A stretch of DNA of 64,000 bases from an uncultured virus (IMG/VR IMGVR_UViG_3300048020_000241) (Duplodnaviria; Heunggongvirae; Uroviricota; Caudoviricetes): the IMG/VR virus record IMGVR_UViG_3300048020_000241. One strand, written 5' to 3'. Position numbers and translations under genes: made by a program. The notes beneath the pieces are model-generated. The model had not been told where the DNA came from, made no database searches, and saw only the letters and a list, made by a program, of their open reading frames with translations. Positions 17,143-25,782 of this stretch are shown in pieces. Position 1 is the first letter of the stretch, and each line of letters starts with the position of its first letter.

Positions 17143-20103
17143 ATGAAAAAACTATTATTAACATTGCTATTAGTGAACTCTGCGTTTGCACATGGTCCAC
17201 AAGGACACGAAGGAGATGGAGTAGATGCAAATCACAACCATAATCCAGAACACATGACAAACTATGTCGGTGATTTCACGGACAAAGACAAAGACGGAAT
17301 GACTGATGTTGCTGAAATACGATATGGATTTGATCCAAAAGATTCAGCAAGTGTTCCTAATCAGTTTACATCAACTTATTTTATTGATGAACTTGGAATC
17401 TCTAAATCGGATGTAGTAGATGATGTCAATATAGGTTCTGATAACGATAAGATTTACTTTGAGTTTTCAAGGTTTTCTGACGATGTTGAACTCAAAACGA
17501 GAAACTTTATGTATAAGTTGTTTCCCATCTTGTATGATCGTCTTGGAAATCCATCGAGAAATATTGTATGTAGGTTGCATAATCGTGGTGGTAATGGTGG
17601 TTCATGGATGGCAAATTCAAGTGGAACACGGATTTATACAACCAACAGATATAGTCCAAGATTACTTGTTCACGAACTCGTTCATGTGTGGACTGGAAAA
17701 TACAGGTTGGCATCCTCTCCCAATTGGAGTTACGAAAAAAATCTAAGTGGGTATGAAGAAATTGCCGAAGGACTTGCGTATGAAATCATCAGAGATTATA
17801 TCAATGCGTATCCAAATGATGAAAATTCAATTACATTTGTTAAAGGTGGTGCTTGGAATGAATGGTCAGGTAGGTTCAGTAACTATGATCTAATTAAGCA
17901 TCAAAGATGGACTGGTGGTGGGGATTTTTGGATCGGACCATTGACAACAAATGATAGGTATAACATTTCAGCAGTTCTTGTTCAAATATTTCTTGCTTAT
18001 GATGCTGACTTCTTCAAGAAGGTCATGCAAAAGTTTTACGAAAAAATAAACAACGATTCTGATTTCTTTCCTACTTCTACTAATATTAAGGAATTGTGGG
18101 CAGAGGTTGTTCCAAGTATAAATGGAATTCCCACGAAGAAGTATCTTGATGCAATGCCAATATTAAATGGTAGACCACTTGATACAGAGTTATATGCAGT
18201 TGCATTACCAAATGCTAAACTTAGTTCATATTCTCAAAAATTGTTTTGTGTTTTTCCTGATGCAAAAAAAGGAGAGTTTTGGTGGTCTTCAAGTATTTGG
18301 GATTCTAATATAAGAGAATTTGGTATACCTGAGTGGTTTGGTAAATTTAAAGGTGGTGACAACTATTACTACACAGATAATAGAAACTTACCGTATGTTG
18401 TTAACATAAACGATGCGAATGGAAATCATGTGACTGAGATAGTTGGGAGTCTTGGAAATCCTACTCGTTCAAATGATGGTGGTCCATCCACCATTGCTAC
18501 TGATATTCCTCAAGGTTTATACGGAACAAACCATGAATTTGGTTTATATAAAATGACTTTGGAATTTCCAACCTACAAGGATTTTACTAAGTTCTACAAA
18601 GAAGATTCTTATTTCTTCGGTTACAAAAATTTCGTGCGGAACAAATCCGAAAGAACAATATTAGTTGGTATTGAATCTGATGTAGAAACTGATTCTGTTG
18701 AATTAATTTTGAATGGAAATAGTTATGTAGGAAATACAACACGTGGAGCAGTATTATTTAATATTCCAACTTTTAATGACATTGGAGTTGCAACGATAAA
18801 AGTAAATTCTGACGAAGCAGGTATTTCAAATACTTACGAAAGAGCAATTATTATTGGTGGTACGGCAGATGATTACAGACACCAACCAATTCTTATATTA
18901 GATAAAGATTTTGATGGTAATGAAGATTTATATAGCATCTATCGTGAAAACGAAGTTGTTGTAGAAGATGATACAACTCCTGTAATTGATAACAATGAAA
19001 CTGAAGTGATTGTTGTAGATAATAACACGACTATCGTTGATGATAATACTTCAATCGTGGTTGTAGACAATAACACGACTATCGTTGATGATAATACTTC
19101 AATCGTGGTTGTAGACAATAACACGACTATCGTTGATGATAATAATGTGGTTGTTAATGATGATACAAATACATCTTTTGAACTTAATACAAATGTTGCA
19201 TGGAATTCAGATAAAAGTTTTGTTCTGATTTCATGGAATGAGCATCCTACATCAAGTTTGTTTCTTGATTTAAAAAACGGAACGAAATCAGTATTTTGGG
19301 GTGGACATTATTCAGATAGAGCAGAATTAATTCTTGAGGATCACAACCTTACCGGTAATGAAATTCTTGAAGGAAGATTTCTTAGATACGAAGGACAAGC
19401 ATTTGTAGAGTATATTGGTGAGTTTGTTTTAAATTTATCAGATGTTGTTCCAACTGCAACAATGAATGTGGTTGTTGAAACTAACAACACTACTATAATT
19501 GTACAGGATGTAGTTTCAATTGAAGTTGATGATTCAAATACAACAATAATCAATACCGATGACACCGTGGTACTAATAGAGAACACAGAATCAATTGTAG
19601 AAGGAAACTCTACTGACAACAATGAAACTAATGTTATAGTAATCTCTGATGATAACATGACTATTAATACTGAGACTGATACATTTGAAGAAAATGCAAG
19701 TAATTCAGTTGTGGTTGTCACAGATTCTAATGTAACTATCACAGAAGATACAAGTAAGAACGTAGAGTTTGGTGATGATTCTATTGCTCCACCACCTGTT
19801 GTAAAAAGTGCGTGGGACTCTGCAATTTCAATTGGTAACAATTGGTTTTACATTGAGTGGTTCGGATATTTTTTCAAGGTTGCTGGTAATGATTGGATAT
19901 TCCACGAAGACTTGGGTTGGATGTATGCTGACTGGACATCTTCTTTTGACAATGTTTGGTTGTTCCACGACAAACTTGGATGGTTGTGGACATCAAGTCA
20001 ATACTTTCCATACCTATACATTCCAAATGAGACTAAGTGGGTATATCTCGTAAAGGGTGGTTACTTTGACTTTAATGAGAACTCATGGGTAAAACTTGAC
20101 TAA
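17143..20103 (+). CDS. secreted putative zinc metallopeptidase with low-complexity stalk and Trp-rich C-terminal domain
   Basis: Signal peptide MKKLLLTLLLVNSAFA, DKDKDGMTD Ca-binding-like motif, HELVH (17671-17685) with downstream EEIAEG, Val/Asp/Asn/Thr stalk, C-terminal WFGYF...WIFHEDLGW...LGWLWT...FPYLY. Confidence 0.7.
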   Translation: MKKLLLTLLLVNSAFAHGPQGHEGDGVDANHNHNPEHMTNYVGDFTDKDKDGMTDVAEIRYGFDPKDSASVPNQFTSTYFIDELGISKSDVVDDVNIGSDNDKIYFEFSRFSDDVELKTRNFMYKLFPILYDRLGNPSRNIVCRLHNRGGNGGSWMANSSGTRIYTTNRYSPRLLVHELVHVWTGKYRLASSPNWSYEKNLSGYEEIAEGLAYEIIRDYINAYPNDENSITFVKGGAWNEWSGRFSNYDLIKHQRWTGGGDFWIGPLTTNDRYNISAVLVQIFLAYDADFFKKVMQKFYEKINNDSDFFPTSTNIKELWAEVVPSINGIPTKKYLDAMPILNGRPLDTELYAVALPNAKLSSYSQKLFCVFPDAKKGEFWWSSSIWDSNIREFGIPEWFGKFKGGDNYYYTDNRNLPYVVNINDANGNHVTEIVGSLGNPTRSNDGGPSTIATDIPQGLYGTNHEFGLYKMTLEFPTYKDFTKFYKEDSYFFGYKNFVRNKSERTILVGIESDVETDSVELILNGNSYVGNTTRGAVLFNIPTFNDIGVATIKVNSDEAGISNTYERAIIIGGTADDYRHQPILILDKDFDGNEDLYSIYRENEVVVEDDTTPVIDNNETEVIVVDNNTTIVDDNTSIVVVDNNTTIVDDNTSIVVVDNNTTIVDDNNVVVNDDTNTSFELNTNVAWNSDKSFVLISWNEHPTSSLFLDLKNGTKSVFWGGHYSDRAELILEDHNLTGNEILEGRFLRYEGQAFVEYIGEFVLNLSDVVPTATMNVVVETNNTTIIVQDVVSIEVDDSNTTIINTDDTVVLIENTESIVEGNSTDNNETNVIVISDDNMTINTETDTFEENASNSVVVVTDSNVTITEDTSKNVEFGDDSIAPPPVVKSAWDSAISIGNNWFYIEWFGYFFKVAGNDWIFHEDLGWMYADWTSSFDNVWLFHDKLGWLWTSSQYFPYLYIPNETKWVYLVKGGYFDFNENSWVKLD
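19012..19143 (+). repeat. 48-bp coding tandem repeat, about 2.75 copies
   Basis: Unit GTTGTAGAYAATAACACGACTATCGTTGATGATAATACTTCAATCGTG encoding VVDNNTTIVDDNTSIV. Confidence 0.9.
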
Positions 20104-20126
20104 TAAAAACTTAACTAAATAAAAAA

Positions 20127-20702
20127 ATGACAAAGAAAAAAAGAGAGTTAGAAATCGGTGACAATATCAAAGAAATTAAACCAAGGAAAGGGGGGAAGAA
20201 ACGGTTTGGTGAAATCCTCTTGATATTAGATGATAGCAAAACCGATCCTATGGTGGAGTGTGCGGAAATTGATCCAAAAGAACTCACACTAATTGAGGAT
20301 GCGTTTGGTAATCTAAAAAAGTTTAAAACTAGACGTAGTAACATTAAGCATTATGTCCCACGTAAAACATTATTCAGAAAAGAAACATTTGATGTAGGAA
20401 AGTGCGTTGCGTGTAAAAGTGGAAATCGTACAAGATACGGAAGAATTATGGGTTATCTAAATCAGGAAGAAGGTTTATACCCAAATTCTTACAACGAGGG
20501 AAGATACAATGGACATGATTTGTTGCAATGCGTTCAAATTGATCCAAAACCTGGATTACACAGAATGCTTGAATCTGATGGTAGTCCAAAAATATTCGTA
20601 GGATATCCTGATAAGTGTAAACTTGTTCAAATTATTGATGTAGATTCAAACGGAAATCCTACAACAAAACTGAGGTTAGACATTCCTACACAGGGAAACT
20701 GA
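20127..20702 (+). CDS. hypothetical protein with two tandem SH3/KOW-like repeats
   Basis: EIGD...RFGEI...ECAEIDPK and DVGK...RYGRI...QCVQIDPK. Confidence 0.55.
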   Translation: MTKKKRELEIGDNIKEIKPRKGGKKRFGEILLILDDSKTDPMVECAEIDPKELTLIEDAFGNLKKFKTRRSNIKHYVPRKTLFRKETFDVGKCVACKSGNRTRYGRIMGYLNQEEGLYPNSYNEGRYNGHDLLQCVQIDPKPGLHRMLESDGSPKIFVGYPDKCKLVQIIDVDSNGNPTTKLRLDIPTQGN

Positions 20703-20758
20703 GTTTTTATAGCAATTTTTTGTTTGAATATATTTCAAACAAATATATATTTATTGTT

Positions 20759-22621
20759 ATGAAAAATTCTATTGTTGAAGGTGGTGGCATACCAAAACCT
20801 GATAAAATAAAAATTATCAAGGTTATGCGTAGTACATCATTTATGAATTATCGGAAAGACCTTGAAAAACAAGGAATCAAAGTTGATTTTGCAACCAGTC
20901 CTTTTGCTTATTACAAACTTACACATCGCAAGTGGGGTAAAAAATCTGACGGAAAAGAACGTGCTATTTACATTACAAGCAAAAAAAATGTTGGTGATGA
21001 TGCGGAATACATAAGCAACGATAATATTGCAATGGGTGAACTAAACGAAAATTCTCAAGAAAGTATGTTTAATAAAATGAAAACAAAAGCAGAAATTAAA
21101 AAGTTGGTAAAAGAAGTTGTTACAGAAATTTTAGCAGAAAATCATAATTTTAAGGTTGGTGACGAAGTAAAATTTAATGGTGATCACGATGGTGTGGTTG
21201 TTAAAGTTCATACAAGTGGTAAACTAAAGGGTCACATTGATGTACAAAAGAAAGGTCGTACTTCAACTGTAACACTTCACGGTGGCAACAAACGTGAAGT
21301 TCGTCTTGCAGAATCTATTTTGGAAGAAGGTGAAGCAAACATCAATGTTAATGCTTTATCACCAACTGAACAACAACTTGCAGTAGGTTTAATCAACGCA
21401 CTTGGCCACGGATCACATCCTATGGCAGATGTAAAAGGACTTAAATACTTTAAAGTTGATTATCTTGTGGACATCGTTTCAAAGAACAAAAGCAGACTTA
21501 GAGGTGATGTTAAAAAGCACGTTGCTAAAATACTAAAGAAACTTTCAGGTGCAATGGCAGAAGCAGAAATTGATGAAGGATCAAAGTGGTTAAAGTATAG
21601 TGATTTGCTTTTGGCAAAAAGTCGTGCAGTTGAAAAGTTCGGACCCGAATCCAAGGAAGTTCAAAAAATTGATAAAGAAATCAAAAAAGAAATGAACAAA
21701 CTTGGAATACACGAATCGTTGATAAACGAATCAAAAGATATTGCTTTCGTTTTAGACCAACTTGCAAATGCAGTTGATTTGTATCCAAAAGATGAATTTG
21801 CTAAACATATGGCAAAAAATACAAAGTACGATGAAAAGTCTTTTGAGAAGTTGTATGACGCATATTTCAAAATGAAAGCAATGGATCGTTTTCATATGGC
21901 AACGGACATTAGTAAGTCAAAGAGGTTTTTGAAGAAGTTTGGAATTAGTGAAACTGCTCAATCTGTAAACGAAGGAATGAGTGATTTAGACTTTGTTATT
22001 GACCAAATTTCAAACTCAATGGAACATTATGACGAAAAAGATTTTGTTAAGGATTTGTCAAAAGAAACCAAATATAATGCAAACTCATTAAAGAAGGTAT
22101 TCAATGCATATTGGGATATGGGTGCAATGGAACGTCATAAGATGAGTATGAACACAAACGATACAAAGAAGTTTCTTAAGAAGTTTGGAATTAAAGAAGA
22201 AGTTCAACCTATAAATGAAGGTTTGTGGACTGGATTAAAAAGAAGAGGAGACTCGAAGGGTATTAACGGTAAAAAAGGAATATGGGCAGAATGGGGTTCT
22301 GGAACAAGTTTTCAGCAAATTCTGTGGAGAATTTCTCCCAAAAAGGGTTTCTTAGATAAAGACGCATTGGATAAAGATGGTAAACCTGAAATGGATAGTT
22401 ACTGGACAGGTTGGCCTGGACCGGGAGAAGTGGGATTACTTCGTTTTTTTCAGCATAATGAATGGGAAGGTCTTGACATTGAAAAAGATTTTCCTTATGA
22501 CGATGTTAATAAAATGAGAATAGCATATAACAAACTTCCTGTTAAGACAAAAGTTCAAATGGCACACGGAGATCATAAACTCGCAATGAGATTTTTGGCA
22601 AAATTTGGAATCAAACCTTGA
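20759..22621 (+). CDS. putative capsid-internal polyprotein
   Basis: Lys-rich small domains separated by IVE/LNE/LAE/IDE/INE/VNE motifs; repeated helical domain; TATTTAT motif 4 nt before the ATG. Confidence 0.55.
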   Translation: MKNSIVEGGGIPKPDKIKIIKVMRSTSFMNYRKDLEKQGIKVDFATSPFAYYKLTHRKWGKKSDGKERAIYITSKKNVGDDAEYISNDNIAMGELNENSQESMFNKMKTKAEIKKLVKEVVTEILAENHNFKVGDEVKFNGDHDGVVVKVHTSGKLKGHIDVQKKGRTSTVTLHGGNKREVRLAESILEEGEANINVNALSPTEQQLAVGLINALGHGSHPMADVKGLKYFKVDYLVDIVSKNKSRLRGDVKKHVAKILKKLSGAMAEAEIDEGSKWLKYSDLLLAKSRAVEKFGPESKEVQKIDKEIKKEMNKLGIHESLINESKDIAFVLDQLANAVDLYPKDEFAKHMAKNTKYDEKSFEKLYDAYFKMKAMDRFHMATDISKSKRFLKKFGISETAQSVNEGMSDLDFVIDQISNSMEHYDEKDFVKDLSKETKYNANSLKKVFNAYWDMGAMERHKMSMNTNDTKKFLKKFGIKEEVQPINEGLWTGLKRRGDSKGINGKKGIWAEWGSGTSFQQILWRISPKKGFLDKDALDKDGKPEMDSYWTGWPGPGEVGLLRFFQHNEWEGLDIEKDFPYDDVNKMRIAYNKLPVKTKVQMAHGDHKLAMRFLAKFGIKP

Positions 22622-22626
22622 TTAAA

Positions 22627-22989
22627 ATGAAAATTACAAAAGAAAAACTTAAAGAAATGATTCAAGTAGAACTTGAACACATCAACGAAGGAATGAGCAA
22701 ACGAGAAGGTGCAGAAGTTATCAAGCAACTAGGTGGTGGTCGTTTCATCGCAATGACAGGTGCCAAAGACTTTTTTATTGGACCAAAAGGTGTTGTATTT
22801 AAAATCGGAAGAAATTCAAAAGGTGTAAATTATGTTCGCATTAATTTGAATAGCATGGACACTTACGATGTTGAGTATCTTTCAGTTAGAGCATACAAAG
22901 AAAAAGTAAAAAGCACATCAAAAGGAATTTATGCGGATATGCTTCGTGATTCATTTGAAGCAAACACAGGACTTAGAACATCATTATGA
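22627..22989 (+). CDS. putative capsid-internal protein
   Basis: Leader MKITKEKLKEMIQVELEHINE fused to a QLGGGRFIAMTGAK...DTYDVEY phage domain. Confidence 0.6.
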   Translation: MKITKEKLKEMIQVELEHINEGMSKREGAEVIKQLGGGRFIAMTGAKDFFIGPKGVVFKIGRNSKGVNYVRINLNSMDTYDVEYLSVRAYKEKVKSTSKGIYADMLRDSFEANTGLRTSL

Positions 22990-23282
22990 AAATTACAAAA
23001 AGCAGATTAAAAGAAATCGTTCGTGAAGAACTTAATGAAATGCGTCCTCATACTTCCAAGGATTTACCAACCCAAACTATTCTTGACACCATCAAAAAAG
23101 ATTTAGATTGGGAAGATGAATATCTTGGTTCAAAAGGAATGAAACAACTTGAAAAAGATTTAAAAAGAAAAAAAAGAATGTCTGCAACTGATTTAAGCAA
23201 ACTTCTTCCTGGGTACATTCCAAGTGACGAGATATTTGGAATATTCAAAAACCATTTAGCAATAGGACCCGATGACAAATGA
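22986..23282 (+). CDS. putative capsid-internal protein
   Basis: Leader MKITKSRLKEIVREELNE; ATGA coupling. Confidence 0.6.
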   Translation: MKITKSRLKEIVREELNEMRPHTSKDLPTQTILDTIKKDLDWEDEYLGSKGMKQLEKDLKRKKRMSATDLSKLLPGYIPSDEIFGIFKNHLAIGPDDK

Positions 23283-23899
23283 AAAAAATAAATGAAGTAA
23301 AAGTATCACCTGAACACAAAAAGCAGTTTTTAAAAGATGCACTTGTGATTCTTGATAATATGGAAAAAGCAAATCTTGTTGATAAAGACACGGATTTTAA
23401 AACCGTTAATAATACTTTGCGTATGGTTTTTAGTAAAATTGCAGGTGGAAAAGATAGTTACAACAATCGTTTATTTCATAAAATTCTTCCAAAAAAACTT
23501 AATACAGATTTGTACGACAATGGAGATGGCAATACATACGATAGTGTATGGATGTCACAAAATGATACTCAACGTGATACAATTCTTAAAAAAGCAATTA
23601 AAGCAAAACTTAATATAAGTGAAGCAGATGTTGATGAAAATCGTGCATTGGATAATGCAATTGCTAATCGTGATGCTAATCGTGCAAATCGTAAAGGAAT
23701 TGAACAATACCAAGATTTGTATTTTGGTTTACATAAACTAATAAGTAAAGTATCCAAAAACAATAAAGTAAAAGGATACGGTGGTGAATTAACTCACGCA
23801 TTCGTTGATTTACTTTGGGCAGTAGAAGATGATCGTCTTGCAGTTGGTGAAATATTTAATGCACTTAAAAAAGTAAAAAGTAAGATTTCCAAGAAGTGA
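23279..23899 (+). CDS. putative capsid-internal protein
   Basis: MKKINE leader, internal ISE/VDE motifs; ATGA coupling. Confidence 0.55.
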   Translation: MKKINEVKVSPEHKKQFLKDALVILDNMEKANLVDKDTDFKTVNNTLRMVFSKIAGGKDSYNNRLFHKILPKKLNTDLYDNGDGNTYDSVWMSQNDTQRDTILKKAIKAKLNISEADVDENRALDNAIANRDANRANRKGIEQYQDLYFGLHKLISKVSKNNKVKGYGGELTHAFVDLLWAVEDDRLAVGEIFNALKKVKSKISKK

Positions 23900-24639
23900 A
23901 AATATCAAAACAACAACTCAAAGAAATTATTCGTGAGGAACTTGCAAGTTTAAATGAGCAATTAACTGATCTACAATTTATCATCAACCAGGTTTCATTC
24001 GATATGAGACGATATAGCAATGAAAAAAAATTCGTTGATCATTTGTCAAAAGAAACCTCGTATGATGCAGATAAACTTAAAAATGTTTTTAAAGCATATC
24101 AAAAGTTAAGTAATACCGAAAAATACAAAATGGAAACACCATATAGTGGTGCGATACTTGCAAAAAAGTTTCTTGCCAAACATGGAATTGTTCGTGAAGA
24201 ACTTGCAAGTTTAAACGAAGATCAATACGGAGATGTTTCTTTTTCTCGTAGAAAACTCAAACTTGCGTGTGAAGACTCCGAAAGTATTCTTCAGTTGTTG
24301 GCAAATAAAGCAGAAGATGAGGAACTTCCAAACTGGTGGAAAGATAAAGTAAGCAAAGCAGCCGATTATCTTAATATTGCACGTGATTATCTTGCAACTG
24401 ATTCTCATACTGATGCAATCCACGAAGAAACCGAAAAAGAATTTCCGATTTGGGGCATTCCACCAGGGAAAAACTCAGAGGAATTGTTATACACAAAAGC
24501 ACCTTCTCATTCGCAAGCAAAAGTTATTGCAAGAATTCTTCGTGATAAACATGGATGTAAAAAAGTTAGAATTCAAGTATTAGATTTAGCACAAAATCCT
24601 GCGGATATTTTTAACTCTGATAAATTATTTAACAAATAA
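23896..24639 (+). CDS. putative capsid-internal polyprotein
   Basis: Leader MKISKQQLKEIIREELASLNE, REELASLNE duplicated, LPNWWKDKVSKAADYL motif. Confidence 0.6.
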   Translation: MKISKQQLKEIIREELASLNEQLTDLQFIINQVSFDMRRYSNEKKFVDHLSKETSYDADKLKNVFKAYQKLSNTEKYKMETPYSGAILAKKFLAKHGIVREELASLNEDQYGDVSFSRRKLKLACEDSESILQLLANKAEDEELPNWWKDKVSKAADYLNIARDYLATDSHTDAIHEETEKEFPIWGIPPGKNSEELLYTKAPSHSQAKVIARILRDKHGCKKVRIQVLDLAQNPADIFNSDKLFNK

Positions 24640-24644
24640 ATGTC

Positions 24645-24673
24645 TTGACTTTTTATAATAACTTTGATAGATT
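24645..24673 (+). promoter_or_regulatory. conserved promoter element
   Basis: TTGACTTTTTATA 24645, TAGATT 24668. Confidence 0.8.
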
Positions 24674-24682
24674 ATATAAAGA

Positions 24683-25747
24683 ATGAGGTACATGAGAATA
24701 GTAAACGAGATAAGATTATCTCAAACGGTGGATGCTAAACACAAAGATTCAATTGAGTTTGTGCAAAAATGGAAACAGGGTCAAAAGATTCCAAATCCAC
24801 AATTTCAGAAAATCAAAAGTGATGTATCAAGAGCATTTGATATTGCAACAAACAGCACAAAGTTGAAAGGTGCAAACGAGTTTACCGTTTGGGGACTACA
24901 AAAACAAGACGGAGAAACAGAAGAATACAAATATTCTTTTCCAAATAGTGTTCTTCACGTTTCGGGGTATCTTAAAAGAACTGCAAAGCAACTTAAAAGA
25001 ACAATCAAAAGTCCCAAAGCAAGCAAGATTGTAAAAGACGCAATGACTGCGTGTGAACCTTGGGAAAAGATTGCGATTACTTTAAAAGCAATGAAAAATG
25101 ATGTTGTTAAACGTCAGATTGGTGCAGGATCAAATAAACCAATGATACCCAAAGGTGCAATCAGCAAGGAAATTGAAGAAGAACTTGAAAAAATCGGTAA
25201 AGGATTTGAAAAAGAGTTGCAAGAAAACTTTGAAGATTATTATGAAATGATCATTGATCAATATCAAAAAGATGCAAAAAAACACGGAATCACAAGCACC
25301 TACGATTTATATAAGTCTCAGTCAAATTATCATTTGAATAAAATATTAAGTAGTTTTCTTGATAGCAAGTATGACCACAACGAACGTGGTGGATATGCTT
25401 ACACCCTTAAATCAGATTACAAAAAGATATTAAAAGATACTGCAAAACAAAATGCCAAAGAAGGTGTTGAGAAGTTTGTTTACAAAATGAAAATGAAACT
25501 TAGTGTGATTGTTGGTGGTCGTGGCATCGGTGTTAATGTTGACGGAAATCATAATCGCAATACAATGTCTTTTGATTTTGAGGACGGAAGTCGTTTCACG
25601 GTTAAAAATGGAATTGTTTTAAGTTATAGTGTTTATGGAAAACCTTTTTATCGTTATCCAACCACTTTTCATGATGTAATTTTACCGAATGGTGACAAAT
25701 TAAGAAATCCATCTGAGACAAAAATCAAAAAAGAGTTTGCAAAATAG
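24683..25747 (+). CDS. basic hypothetical protein, possibly virion-internal
   Basis: 354 aa, Lys-rich, N-terminal IVNE; C-terminal SVYGKPFYRYPTTFHDV. Confidence 0.6.
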   Translation: MRYMRIVNEIRLSQTVDAKHKDSIEFVQKWKQGQKIPNPQFQKIKSDVSRAFDIATNSTKLKGANEFTVWGLQKQDGETEEYKYSFPNSVLHVSGYLKRTAKQLKRTIKSPKASKIVKDAMTACEPWEKIAITLKAMKNDVVKRQIGAGSNKPMIPKGAISKEIEEELEKIGKGFEKELQENFEDYYEMIIDQYQKDAKKHGITSTYDLYKSQSNYHLNKILSSFLDSKYDHNERGGYAYTLKSDYKKILKDTAKQNAKEGVEKFVYKMKMKLSVIVGGRGIGVNVDGNHNRNTMSFDFEDGSRFTVKNGIVLSYSVYGKPFYRYPTTFHDVILPNGDKLRNPSETKIKKEFAK

Positions 25748-25782
25748 TCATATTTGTATATATTTAAGGTATTAGATATATC

